Assembly (NCBI GenBank): GCA_964016885.1
Contig: OZ024740.1
Span: 368,094,001-368,158,000, forward strand
DNA length: 64,000 nt
Direction of reading: 5' to 3'
DNA from: Eledone cirrhosa
Lineage: Eukaryota
The notes under the pieces are model-generated. The model saw only the letters and a program-made list of their open reading frames with translations. It was not told the origin of the DNA and did no database searches. This document shows, piece by piece, positions 1-12,500 of this stretch. The position numbers were made by a program, and so were the translations under genes. How positions within the stretch are numbered: position 1 is the stretch's first letter; every line of letters begins with the position of its first letter.

Positions 1-560
1 CCAGATGTTATTTATTTCAGCATTCAGATCATTTTCTGCTTCGGATGCTTCCTCCGTTCTCTCAACCTCTTCACATTCATTTCCCACTGGCTCGTTTGTC
101 TGGCATACTCCACTCTCCATTTCTAACCTAATCTCTCTGCTCAATTCCTCCAGTTCCAACTCGCTTTTCCATCCGTTAGTTCTTATTACCCGAGCCTGCC
201 CGGCCATTTTTTGTTCATCTAATTTAAATAGACCAATCTCGTTCTAGATGTTATGCATCCGTTTCCTATAGCCTTTTTCCTTTGGGTTACTCTTCAGGTA
301 ACATTGCATAACAGTTCTATTCAATTCTTTCATCGAGTTGGTTCTTGTCCCTTTCCTTCTTCTTCTTCCTCCAACACCAGCAGTATTTAGATGACAGCTA
401 GGTCCCTGCTGCTGAGCCAGGGTGCACTTGCTGGGTGAGAGTCTGTCACATGACGTTCCAGTCTCCTCTTCACCGTTATTCAAACTGTTTAGGTTCGACA
501 TTTAAACACTCATATAGAGGATTGGTGAATGTATGGTTACATAATCACCGGTGATTTCAC
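1..560 (-). mobile_element. 5' end of an R4/Dong-type (REL-endonuclease) non-LTR retrotransposon (Dong-A), running off the left edge
   Basis: ORF 244-501(-) reads RRRK..ELNRTVMQCYLKSNPKEKGYRKRMHNI, the N-terminal motif typical of R4/Dong ORFs. It parallels KREKWTKEDNKEVLEAFY in the element at 12956-13300. The 5' boundary is approximate. Confidence 0.7.
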
Positions 561-949
561 CACCCTCGGTGATGTTAGCGTGGCACCATCACGCTGTAAA
601 CGAACATAAATAAATAAACAAGTAAGTAGATAAAAAACTTTAAAAAATAAACATGTTTCATTGTAATGTTTGAATGTCTGACTTAGTTTTTTTTTTTTGT
701 TTGTGTGTTTTTTCTCTGCGTTTTTCGTTTTTCAAGGCCAGTAACATCGGTTGCTAGTGTTGTTATTGCTGCTGCTGCTGTTTTTGATTTTAGCTACGTG
801 GGAAGTAGGGGTTGTTTCGTTCAAAACTTTTGAAAGTTGTTTTTGTTGTTGGATGTGTTTTTCTCTGTGTTCTGTTCTATAATCTTTCGACTTGTTGCTT
901 ATTATTATTTTTATTATATTATAGTTCAGATTTGACATCGTTTAAACTA

Positions 950-2655
950 AACATTTTGAGTGAGTTTAGAGATACAAAAACAATAATAACAACAGCCACA
1001 ATAACAGTAACAACAGCAACAGTATCACCGAAAGCAACAACAACACCAACAACAGTACCAATGAAAACATCAACAATGACATCGATACCTGTAACAGCGA
1101 GTAAGACTAGTAGCGGCAGCAATAGTGGTGCTGCTGAAAAAGGGACCACTTCTTTTGCAGGTGTCGCCCGAAATATCGAAACAGTGTTAGTCACAGAGGA
1201 GTAAATGGCAGTAGCAAGGGTCATGGTGACAAGAAGCGCCAATAGAGTCTCCCTGAAACCTCCACCCGATTTTTTCAAGGACCAGCAACTATGGACGGTG
1301 ACTTACCGCACCGTAAGCAAAATCTCACATCGGGTGCAGAGAGCCACGAAGGCTCAAATCCAAAAGGCCTTGGGGTGCATCTGGGCACGCAAAACCCACA
1401 TCACCCGAGGCACAAAGTACGCAACTGTAGACGTACTTTTCGCCCCCCCCCCCCCCCAGAAGCGAAGTCTCACTCTTTGGAAACCCTAAAGAAAACCCGG
1501 GCAGAAAATTGTGAGGGTCAAAGTGACCCAAATCCCACTCTACGTGCCCATACCTTGGCTGGCCGCGTCTGTCCTTGCTGGAATCGAGGACAGGACAACC
1601 ATGCTGCAAGTAGAGAAAATAGGGAGAGAGACCTGGTCAGGAATAGGCATGCAAATGCTAATACAAACTGACCAGGAATGTATCGAGGCTATCCCCGATA
1701 TCATAGACGTCGAGGAAGGAGTCCAACTCCCTATAAGCGTAGAAGGGAGACGGCCAAAATGTTATCTATGTGAGTCAAAGGGTCACCTCAGGGCCTTTTG
1801 CCCGCAGAAGACAGCGAATAAGAAGGCCCCGCTCCTTCCAATACCTGGTCCGCTGCTACCAAGAGCAGGGCAGGCAACAAACGCAGAAGCCCCTTCCACG
1901 ATGAGTAGGAGGGCAACGTCCATGGCACTCGTACCAAGGCCACGGACGACTAAAGCAGCAGCATCAGAGGCGGCAACACCAATAGCTACATTTGCAGTAT
2001 CTTCACCAACAACAACATTGCAGGAGAGGGCTCCCAACCACCACCAACAGCCGTGGAGCACATACCCCTCCCAGACGCCACGGAATCCGACATGGAGTTT
2101 GAGGCGGGAGTGAAGAGGCAAACGGTCAGCCACAAAAAAAAAAAAAAAATCCCCTTAGCTTCGCCCTCCAAAAGCGAAGGCACACAAAGAGAGGTAAAGG
2201 CAACAAGGAAACTTGCAGCAACACCACCACAAGCACCACCTCAACAACAACCACACCACCACCAGCATCACCAAAAATACCAACAGCGCAAACAAAACAA
2301 AACACACACACCAAACAGCAACAAGAAGAAAACAGCAACAAAATCACGCCTCTCCCAAAAAAGTACACAGCCATAACATGGCAAGAAAAGAACTCATACA
2401 ATATATAAAGCAGCACACATACATCACAGAAAAAACTACTACACCCCACCACCACCAACAACTCTCCCGACAAACATAATCATCATTGAAATCTCAATAG
2501 AACAGTACACACCTTTAAAACAAAACTTCCCTAACGCAGTTGGAGACATTAGAGGGTCGGTTACCAAGAGGATATACACTGACATCCTCTTGAAAACTCC
2601 TCATGACCAGCCAAAGGGACGGTTCTACTGTCCCTTCACCACACGATCAAGGTAA
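950..2655 (+). pseudogene. Tx1-1 ORF1 (gag-like, frameshifted)
   Basis: Thr-rich N-terminus, then RGTKYATVDVLF and ISVEGRRPKCYLCESKGHLRAFC (CX2CX4HX4C). Stop TAA at 2653-2655. The start is approximate. Confidence 0.8.
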
Positions 2656-2675
2656 GTGACCCCTTCTCATCCAAC

Positions 2676-5600
2676 ATGGCCGTACTCAGAATAGGCAGTA
2701 TAAATGCACGTGGCCTGGGGTCATCTTGGAAGAAGGGTCACCTGCTCAATGACCTCAGGTCACTAAATATAGATGTGGTTGCCATCAGCGAGACTAGAAT
2801 CTCCGAAGCACGAGCCTTCGCACCGATCTTCGGCGGCTACGATGTATACGCATCTCCCAGCCGTCCAGGGTCGGTGGGAGTGGTTGCCGTCCTTTTTCGG
2901 AGAGGCTTGGATCTCGCCATACGAGCTATCTTCCTAGACCCAGAAGGTAAGTCGGTGGTGCTGGACGTGACCGGCACCGAAGCAACGCTTTCAAGCTAGT
3001 AGCCGTCTATTCCCCGACAGGGACAGGACGGCCAGTTTCTTCAGACGTCTAGAGACTTTTCTTGGAACGTCCCGCACTTTAGTGTTAGTGGGCGACTGGA
3101 ACGGTATCTTGGATGCACGTTGGGATTGCGTGGGGCTAGTGGATAGGAGAGGAGGGTGCGAGAGCATCACCAACCTGCTCAGACCATTTGAACTGTCTGA
3201 CAGGTATCGACTGGATCACCCGAATGTGCCAATGTGTACATGGACAAACTGCATCGGGTCATCCAGATCGTATCTCGATAGGGTATTCTGCAGGGAACTA
3301 GATAAGGCTAGTATAAGTTGTCCACAATTAAAAACAGTCGACTACACAGACCACAAATTTGTGATCTGTGAGATCGAGATAGACAAACTTTATAGACAAG
3401 GACGCGGTTACTGGGAGCTGAGGCGTCTTTCCCGACGCGCAAAGCCTACAGAGACCGGATTAGCGTATTAGTTAAGCGAGCGTTGACGGTGGTGGTCGTA
3501 AACAACAGGTGGTGGTTCGCCCTGAGAAGGGCAATTAAAGTAGAGTCGATTAGGTTTAGAAAAGGACTAGTGATAGAGGAAAATAGAGTAGAGGGAGAGC
3601 TGGTCAGAAAGCTAGAAGAGGCGTTTAGGACAGGCATCGCCACCGACGTGCTTGCGGCGAGATTGGCACTCGACCAATTTTTCAACGCAAAACACGAAGG
3701 CTGCGTTGTCAGAGCTAGAGCGCGTGCCCTGAAACATGAGGGGAACAAAAGCCGTCCAATGTGCCCGGGTGGCAGAGGCACGATGTGACAACAAACCCAC
3801 AATTTGGGCTTTATCTGACCAAAACGGGCGCATGTTGCTCGAACCCGAGCAGATGTGTGAAGCTTTTCACCAGCACTTTGCTGAACTGTTCAGGAGTAGC
3901 GGCGGGCCGCATCGGGGCATGGACTTCAGTGCATACTTCGACGGACTGCCTCGGCTCTCGATGACCACAGCACAGTGTTGCGAAAAGCCAATAACAAGCA
4001 GTGAAATACGGAAAACGATGGCAAACTGCACGAGGGGTAAATCGCCAGGTTTGGATAGTCTGCCCTACAAGCTTTATGCATTTATGCCAGACTTGTTCGG
4101 TGACCTCTTGGCAGACATACGCCATTCCGGACAGATCCATACACGACAACCTCCACCTCATGTGATACATCATAGAGAGGGTGGTTAAGGAACCTGACAC
4201 GAGTGGGGCCCTGATCAACTTGGATTAACCCAAAGCATTCGATAGGGTTGACCATCGGTACCTGGCGGCCGTCGCCGAGGCAGCCGGTTTCGGGCTCGTT
4301 TTCAGGGATTGGATCGATGCGATGTACAGCGACATATGTTCAGTAGTGAGAGTCAACGGTCACCTGTCGCAGCCGTTCAGCATCATGCGCTCGGTCCGCC
4401 AGGGTTGTCCCCTCTCGTCCCTCTTGTACGTATTGGCTCTCGAGCCGTTACTGCACAAATTGGCGGCGATGAGGGGCGTCCCACGCGAACTAGGATGCGG
4501 GAAATCCGAATCGGCTTATTCCGACGACGTCACCTTGGTGGTGCCGAGCACCAGACACGTCCAGATGCTCGGCACCGCTCTCAAGGAATACGAAGCGGTG
4601 ACAGGAGCAAAGATAAACCATGAAAAGTCGATGGGCTTGCAGCTCGGCACCTGGAGAGGCAAGTCCATGCCGTCCGACAGCGTCGTGGGGCGTTGAACGG
4701 ACAATGTGGCCTCCTTCACCCAGAAATGGGGCGACAGGAAGCTGTCCCTGAAAAGCCGGGCGTCGGTGGGGAATGCGTACATCGCATTCGTCATCTGCTA
4801 CCGCCTCACCGTCGTCCCTTGTCCCGGCCCAACTCTCACCTAAATGGAGCGCCTTCTCTTCCGCTTTTTGTTGAAGGGACGCGCTCCCATGGTCAAACGA
4901 TCTATCTGCTGTCAACACTCATTGCATGGAGGAATAGGCATGCCATGGCTGATGATGCGCAAACATGCGCTGAGACTGCAACATCTCTGGTGCTTCCTTG
5001 ACGATCAACAGGTGTGGTTGCCGTTCGCCAGGCACGTTTTCCCACATCTCGTCTCCTTGACGGAGCTGCAGTCCTGGGTCAGGAAAAGACTAAGGGATAG
5101 CGCTTGGAAACGGGAATGTCTCCAGATGCTCACTGACGTCTGCCAGCTGGGCACCAGTATCGGTGGAACCACCTCGGCGTTCTATAGAGGACTAGGGGAG
5201 GGGAAGAGCGATGACGTTCTCGGAGAGATCCTGGGCGTCGAAAACGATCAGCTGTTTGCTCTCTTCCGGAGAACTTTCAGCCCATTGCCTATGGATAACT
5301 TCCAAAAATCCCTGGCCTGGCAGAGCTATCGGGGAGCGTTGCCGCTTCGAGATAAGCTCTACAGGCACGGAAGTGCCGTCAGCCGAGCCTGTCCGAGATG
5401 CGCGCAAATCGACGAAACCGTCGTGCACACATTTGTTCAGTGTCCGAGCATTGCTGACTTGTGGAGCTATGTTGAACAGTTGCTGTCGCGTGTAGGACTG
5501 ATCTGGTTATCGACTGAGTCTATTGTGCAGATGGTCTCGCCGTCTTCCTTCGAGGAGGAAGGGCAGGCGGTTTTCATCTGCCTGGTGGCCATGGCGAAAG

Positions 5601-5806
5601 AGATCGTGTGGTGGACAAGGTTGAGAGGGTTAAAGATATATACTTTCCTCTTGGGCGAATCACTAATTAACATTTTCAAGTTTCACTTGAAGAGGAAAAT
5701 CAGGGAGGAGTGGCAAGTGCTGCCTTCTAGCAAGTTTGTTGAAAGGTGGGTGAATATAGCGAGAATGGTCCGAGTGAACAGGACCGTTCTGAATATACGC
5801 CTATAG
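2676..5806 (+). pseudogene. Tx1-1 ORF2: AP-endonuclease, reverse transcriptase and zf-RVT-like C-terminus (frameshifts, internal deletions)
   Basis: APE motifs MAVLRIGSINARGL, GDWN, SYLDRVF, TDHKFV and GRGYW. RT motifs KSPGLD, KAFDRVDH, VRQGCPLS and AYSDD. C-terminal CPRC..ETVVH...C. Confidence 0.9.
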
Positions 5807-5965
5807 TTTGAGAAATGGAAAGATTGAGAGAGGGAGCTTGCCCCGGTAGTCAGGGTGGCCGTGGTCTTTCGGGTGGTTTTCGCCACGAGTAACATCGGAG
5901 GTTTACCCCCTGTTGGGGAATTTTCCATTGTTTCAATTTTCATTTTTATTGTTTATATATATATA

Positions 5966-6745
5966 TTCGGGCCGGGGCCTATGGACAACTTCCAGAAATC
6001 TCTGGCCTGGCAGTGCTACCGAGGAGCCTTGCCAGTTCGGGATAAACTCTACAGGCATGGAGGTGCCGTCAGCCGGGCATGTCCGAGATGCGCGCAGGGC
6101 GACGAAACCGTCCTGCACGCACTCGTCCAGTGTCCGAAAATTGCTGACTTGTGGGTTTATGTCGAACACCTGCTGTCGCGTTTAGGACGGATCCAGCTAT
6201 CATCTGAGTCCATCGTGAGGATTGCCCCGCCCTCCTCCTTTAGCCGGGAAGGGCAGGCAGTTTTTATCTGCCTGGTGGCCATGGTGAAAGAGATAGTATG
6301 GTGGACACGTTTGAAAGGGCTGAAGACGAGCACTTACCTCTTCGGTGATGCTCTGATTGACTTTTTCAAATTTCATTTGAAAAGGAAAATCAGAGTAGAG
6401 AGGGAAGTGCTCTCTTCCCAGCATTTTGTTGAAAGATGGGTGAGAGAAGCAAGAATGGCCCGAGTGAATGGGCCTACTCTGAGTATATATCTGTAAATTA
6501 AAGGTGGAAAACTGGGAGAGGGCACTTGCCTTGGTGGTCAGGGTCATTGTGGCTTTTTACTGGGCTTTCTCCACAAATGTCCCTCCGAAGTCTGCCCCCT
6601 ATTGGGGAATTTTTCATTGTTATTTTTGTTACATCCTCTGTTTTTGTTTTTTACACGCAGAAATGCCCATTTGTACCGTCCTGCATTGTCCTGCACTGTC
6701 CTTAATGTCTACTTTATGTAAACCTTTGTGGTTAATAAAGAAATC
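5966..6745 (+). mobile_element. 5'-truncated Tx1-family copy inserted into the 3' UTR of Tx1-1
   Basis: Paralogous ORF2 C-terminus (MDNFQKSLAWQCYRGALP...CPRC) plus its own 3' UTR ending AATAAAGAAATC. Flanked by an approximately 19-bp duplication ATTGTTTATATATATATAT at 5948-5966 and 6746-6764. Confidence 0.85.
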
Positions 6746-6905
6746 ATTGTTTATATATATATATATGTTTCTATGTCTTTTTCTTTTCTTATATAAATAA
6801 TAAAAATCTTTACACGAACAAAACCCACATCGTACCGTCCTGTACCGCCCTGTGCCGTCTGTAATGTTTTTCTTGATGTTAGCCCGTGTGGCCAATAAAG
6901 AAATC

Positions 6906-6964
6906 ATTATTATTATTATTATGATTATTATTATTATTATTATTATTATTATTGTTATTGTTAT
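6906..6964. repeat. (ATT/TAA)n microsatellite between the Tx1-1 3' end and the Dong-B 3' end
   Basis: Read directly from the sequence. Confidence 0.95.
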
Positions 6965-7039
6965 TCCTTGAATCTCAGTCATTGATGTTGGTTAACTGGA
7001 AAGTCCGTTGGATTGAATATCAAGCCACTACCTGCAGCC

Positions 7040-9417
7040 TCAGATATTCAGGACGTATCGGAGGGTTCTTGCTGTTCCAAGCAAGCATGCCTTTTGAAGC
7101 GTTCCAAAAAGCGTGAAGGGGCCGATTTTCTTTAACCATCCCTGGAAACCTTTGGAGATAGTCCCCAGTGCGCCTATGACAATCGGGATCACTTTGACTT
7201 CATGGCAGTTCCAAATCCTTTTCACCTCCCACTTTAGGTCCTGGTATCGGTTAATTTTCTCCCTCTCCTTCTCTTGCACTCTCGTGTCGAACGGGCAGGC
7301 CACATCCACAATCAGGCACGATCTTTTTTCTTTGTCCATAACCACCAGGTCAGGTCTATTGTGTTCCAGTTTTTTGTCCGTCTGTATCCTAAAATCCCAC
7401 AGCACCTTCACCTGACTGTTCTTCATCACCGCCTCTGGCCTATGCTCATACCATTTCTCAGAATGTGGTAGATTGTTTACGTTGCACAGGTGCCAGTGGA
7501 TCACCCTGCCCATCACATCGTGTCTCCAGCCCTTATAGTGGGTCTGGGCTAGGTGTTTACACTCGGACACAATGTGAGCCACAGTCTCCTCTCTCTCTCC
7601 ACAGATCCTGCACAGTGGGCTAGCCTCCTCCTTGTAGATATGGTGCTTCAACCACTTCGTTTTGAGGGCCTGCTCCTGCGCAGCCATTAGCATTCCTTCT
7701 GTAGCCTTTTTGAGGTCTCCTCTTCTCAACCAGTTCCATGTCTGTGGATCTCTAAATTCAGTTTTCTCAAAGAAGGTACTATGAAGGGATTTTCCCTTAA
7801 GGCTGCTCTTCCTCCTTGATGTTATTTCCTCCTTGGACATCCCCTGGCCTACTGTCCCCTCCTTCAGTACAGTTCTGAGCATTGGCTCCTTACTATAGGT
7901 CACGTATTTGTATAGGTTGTTTTTCTCCATCTGAACACAGTCCTCTATGCTGATAAGACCTCAGATCTCCTTAGGTAGAGTCTATCGCCATCACTCCTCT
8001 TGTGGAACATGTTGTAGATAGTCAATAGCTTCCTAGTCTTCCTATCCATTTCTTTTTGTTCAGCAACATTCCATCTCAGAATTCCCGCACTGTACCTAAT
8101 AATAGACACAGCTCGGGAATTTACTGCGCTTATGGCATTTCTGCTGTTCAGATGTGACTTCAATACGCTCCTTACTCTCCGAATGTATTCAGTTCTTAAC
8201 AATTCCTTCATTTTTTTGTTCTTTATGCCATCAGCCTCCAGAACGCCCAAATACTTGTATCCTTCCTCAGAGTCAATTTCCTTTATCATCTCACCTGTTG
8301 GTATCTGGATCCCGTTACTTCTGCTCAACCTACCCCTCTCCATCACAATGACTCCACATTTACCAATACCAAACTGCATACATATATCACTGCTGAAAAT
8401 ACGGACAGTGTCAACAAGCACATCCAACTCCTTCTCACTTTTCCCGAAGAGCTTAAGATCGTCCATGAAGAGGAGGTAATTGATGGTAAGCTCTCCCCTT
8501 CCCAACTTGTATCCTGCTCTCACTTTTCGCAGCATAATGGTCAAGGGCATCAGGGCAAGGACAAACAACAGAGGGGACAGGCTATCTCCCTGGAAGATAC
8601 CTCTCTTGATCTTCACGCTTCCCAAGGATACTCCAGTTGATGTCAACTCTGTCTCCCAGGACCCCATACTCCTGCCCAGCAACTGTCTGATGTTATCTGC
8701 CACCCTGAAGACCTCCAGGCTTTTGGTGATCCAGGAATGAGGCACCATGTCAAATGCCTTTCTGTAGTCTATCCATCCCATGGCAAGATCAGTGTGTCTC
8801 CTCCTGCAATTCCCCATTACCATCTTATCAATAAGCAACTGGTCCTTTGTACCACGTGACTTCTTTCGGCATCCTTTCTGTTCGTCCGGTAACAAGTTGT
8901 TTGTGTGGAGGTGATGGTAGATTTCCTCAGACACAATGCACGTCAACAGTTTCCACATTACGGGCAGACATGTGATAGGTCTATAGTTGGTAACATCATT
9001 ACCCTTGATTCGGTTTTTCATTATCAGAACTGTGGTACCTTTTGTCAACCACTCTGGCACCTCACCCGACACCAAGCAGTCATTGAACATGGCCGTCAGC
9101 TTCGGGTGGAGGGATGTTAAATGTTTAATCCAATACCCCTGCACACCATCTGGGCCTGGTGATTTCCAGTTGGTTAGTTTTTTGGCTTGCCCCTTAAGAG
9201 TTTCAACTGTGATACTCAAATCAGTCTGTTGTTGTGCCTTCTCACCGATCTCCCTCTGTACTGTCTCAATCCACCCTGCCTGGGCATTGTGTCTAACATC
9301 CTGCTCCCATATTCCTCTCCAGAATGTTTTAGCTTGTTCCGCCCCAGGGATCAAGTCGTTGCCTCTTTCTTTCCCCTCAAGCTGTCCAAACAGCATCTTC
9401 TGGTTGTTGTCGAACAT
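7040..9417 (-). pseudogene. Dong-B ORF: RT + CCHC + REL endonuclease, with one break near 7940
   Basis: RT motifs KSPGPDG, YRPITCL, IDYRKAFDMVPH, GIFQGDSLSP, LFMDDLKL and YKYLG. Then CRICGEREETVAHIVSEC, RHD, and RPDLVV..IVDVACPFD..EKINRYQDL. Confidence 0.92.
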
Positions 9418-9476
9418 GCGGTTCTGTCTGGTTGTTGTCGAACATGCGGTTCTGTCTGGTTGTTGTCGAACATGCG
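9399..9476. repeat. About 2.8 tandem copies of a 28-bp unit at the 5' truncation point of Dong-B
   Basis: TCTGGTTGTTGTCGAACATGCGGTTCTG at 9399-9426 and 9427-9454, with a partial copy at 9455-9476. Confidence 0.95.
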
Positions 9477-9525
<49 letters not shown>

Positions 9526-9528
9526 TTA
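9477..9528. repeat. (TTA/TAA)n microsatellite
   Basis: Read directly from the sequence. Confidence 0.95.
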
Positions 9529-9529
9529 A

Positions 9530-12500
9530 TATAGTTTCATTTATCTTGCTTTATGTTCATACGTTATCACCAAGTCACAACCAGTGACGTCAAGCGACAA
9601 CAAGGTCCACCATTTTCAAGAAAGAACATAAATACACACACATGCATCTTTAGGTGTTTAGACTTGTGATGTACTTATATTGACAGAATCTTCCTTAGTA
9701 TATGGGCAGTTCCCATTAGTACTATCTTTTGTATTTCTACTATACGTGGGTTTCCTGGGATTTGCGATAAGTAAGCATTAGACCCTTAGATATCATTCCT
9801 AGAGCGCCTACAACCACTGGTATTGTTTTAGTTCTCAATTTCCACATTTTTCAAATGTTTATCTCCAGGTCCTTATACTTGCTCAATTTTTCAAATATTT
9901 TTATAGATACATTCTTGTCTATTGGAACGGACATATCAATTAGCAGGTATACCCTCTTTTTAAAACCTTCAGTATTATATCAGGTCTATTTGCATCTATT
10001 TGGTCTGTTTGGATGCTAAAGTTCTACAAGATTGAGATGTGATCTTTTTCAGGTATGGGAGGTGGTTGATGCTCCCACCAATTCTTTTGATGGGGCAGGT
10101 CAAAATGCTTACACATTATCCAATGTATGTATTGTGCAGCTCTGTCATGCCTGTTTAGGTATTCGGTTGGAGCTATAGGACTGCACATTGAAATTACATG
10201 ATCAATGGTCTCTGGTTGTTATTTTAGGTACACGGCATAATGGGTTGCATCCATTTTTTATTATGTTGGCTTGGTAATTTGTTGTTGGCAGACACTGATC
10301 TTGTGCTTATATAATCAGTCCTTCAGTCTCCGATTTCAGTCCAGAGGATGCCAACCTCCGATTTCAGTCCAGAGGATGGGTTAAAGTTTTGTCAACATCA
10401 GGATTGTTACCTCTTTCTGGGTATTTTCCATACATAGGCTTTTCTTGCCATTTCTTAGCTAGTTTCTGTAGCAGTTCTTTCTTTGCAGTTACTTTCACCA
10501 GCTTTGCTTTTTCTGTGTTTTCCATTTCAGCAGTAAATGGGAGTTCTGAAATTGTATAGTCCATTACTGTATCTTTGTGCATCTTTTGTAATGGAGTATG
10601 ATCTTTTGATGCTTTTGTGTTTCAAAACGAGTTTGATCATCCAATCATGTGATTCCATTAGATATGTAGATAATCCAGTTGTTGCAGTTTTCAACGTAAT
10701 ATCTAACTGGAGTAATCCACGTCCTCCTTCTTTCCTAGGGAGATATATTCTATCTTATCTGCCTGAGGGTGATGCATTCTGAGCATGGTTAAGAATTTTC
10801 TAATATTTGTATCGAGCCTACGGATCTCTGTGCTTGACCAGTTGATGACATTGTAACTGTAGGTTACTACTGGTATGACAAGCGTGTTTATGGCATCAAT
10901 CCTATTTCTTGCATTCAATTCCGTTCTTAAGATTTCCCTTAATCTGCGGTAACATTCCTTCCTTATCCTTTCCCTCATTGTCGAGTGCTTGATTCCGTCT
11001 CCTTCACAAACACCTAGATATTTGTAGGTTTCCTCTTGATAAAGTTCTCTTATCACATTCCCCCGATCAAGATTAATGTCTGAACTTTTCAGCAACTTTC
11101 CTCTGGTGAACGTTGCTTTGGCGCATTTATCTAGTCCAAACTCCATTTTAATGTCATCACTGAACTGCTTCACAGTGGATAATAGCCCTTGCAATTGTTC
11201 ATCATTTTTTCCAAATAGTTTCAAGTCATCCATGTAGAACAAGTGATTAATGATTTTGTCATAGACTTTATATCCATGTTTTGTTCCATTGAGCATTTTA
11301 CTTAATGGTATAAGTACGATGCGGTGATAAAGAGTCACCCTGAAAAATTTCACAATTAATATTAACTTCTCCAGCTTCCAGTGATTCCTTTTCACTATTC
11401 AAAAGGAGTGTCGTTTTCCATGTCTTCATACTGAATGACAAGAACCTCCTGACAACGGGACATATTTTGAAAATCTCTAAACATTTTTCAAACTATCTCT
11501 AAACATTTGGCAAACTATCGAATGCTTTTTTATAATCTATCCAAGCAATTGATAGATTTTTGTGTCTATTATGACAATCTTCCAGTATCATTTTGTTAAC
11601 GAAAAGCTGATCCTTACAGCCATATGAGCCTCGTTTACACCCTTTCTGCTCATTGGGAAATAGGTCATTTGTTATCCGGTGGTCATATGTATATTCAGTT
11701 AGGACTGATGTTAAAATGTTATACATTGTGGTCAAGCAAGTTATCGGTCTAATTTTTTGGATTGTTTGTCTCATCATTCTTCGGAAGCAGGAATGTAATG
11801 CCGTGAACTAGCCATGATGGTATCTTTTCTGGCTCCTTAAATATTTCATTGTAAAGTTGGGCTAACAGGTCATGAGACTCTGTGAAGGCATTTATCCAAA
11901 GATTTGGTATTTTATCTTTTCCTAGGGATTTCCATTTGATGGTTTTTCTAAGAGCCAAACGCAACTGCTCAACTGTTATATTTTCCCATATTTGTTCCTC
12001 AAGGTGAGCTGTATCTTTCATTTGCCTGTCTATCCATGGGGCATGTATATTATGGACTTTTTCTTCGGCCCAGATCTTTTCCCAGAATGCTTGCACTTCC
12101 CCCTTGGGTGGTATTGATTTAGCAGTTATTGTTGACTTGCCAATTTTGCTGTAGAAGTTTCTTTGGTTGTTTTTGAATATATTATTGTCCTCATAGCATC
12201 TAGATCGTTTTTCAAAGCGCCTTATACGAGCAGCTTTAGCCGACACTTTTTGCTTGATTATTTCTATCAGCATGTATTTTCTTTTCAATTTTCTAAGTTT
12301 AGTTTGTTTAACATGTTCACCTACTTTGTAGTTTGTTAAAATGTCTATGTCAGATCGGAGAAGGTTTATTTGGCGATTGATGTTCTCTTGCCAAGTAGAT
12401 TTCTTGTGGGAATTCCTTTGCTTTTTTATTTTCACTCCACATAAGTGAGTGGTGTCTTTCGCCGATGCATAATAGAGATGATTTAAATCAGTAATGTTTA

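Larger units (their letters stand above)
600..6905 (+). mobile_element. Tx1/L1-clade LINE (Tx1-1), near full length and decayed, with a nested insertion in its 3' UTR
   Basis: ORF1 with a CCHC knuckle, then ORF2 with APE, RT and a C-terminal Cys/His motif. The 3' end is GCCAATAAAGAAATC followed by (ATT)n. Confidence 0.9.
6965..9476 (-). mobile_element. 5'-truncated R4/Dong-type element (Dong-B)
   Basis: RT followed by a CCHC knuckle and a PD-(D/E)XK restriction-like endonuclease, flanked by (TAA)n on both sides. Confidence 0.92.

Noticed and set aside
812-1278. Hydrophobic, membrane-protein-like ORFs (812-1204 + and 919-1278 -)
   Set aside because: They derive from the low-complexity ACA-rich start of Tx1 ORF1 and its antisense, not a host gene.
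9399-9476. 28-bp repeats resembling a CRISPR array
   Set aside because: There are no spacers, the context is eukaryotic, and the unit is retrotransposon coding sequence.
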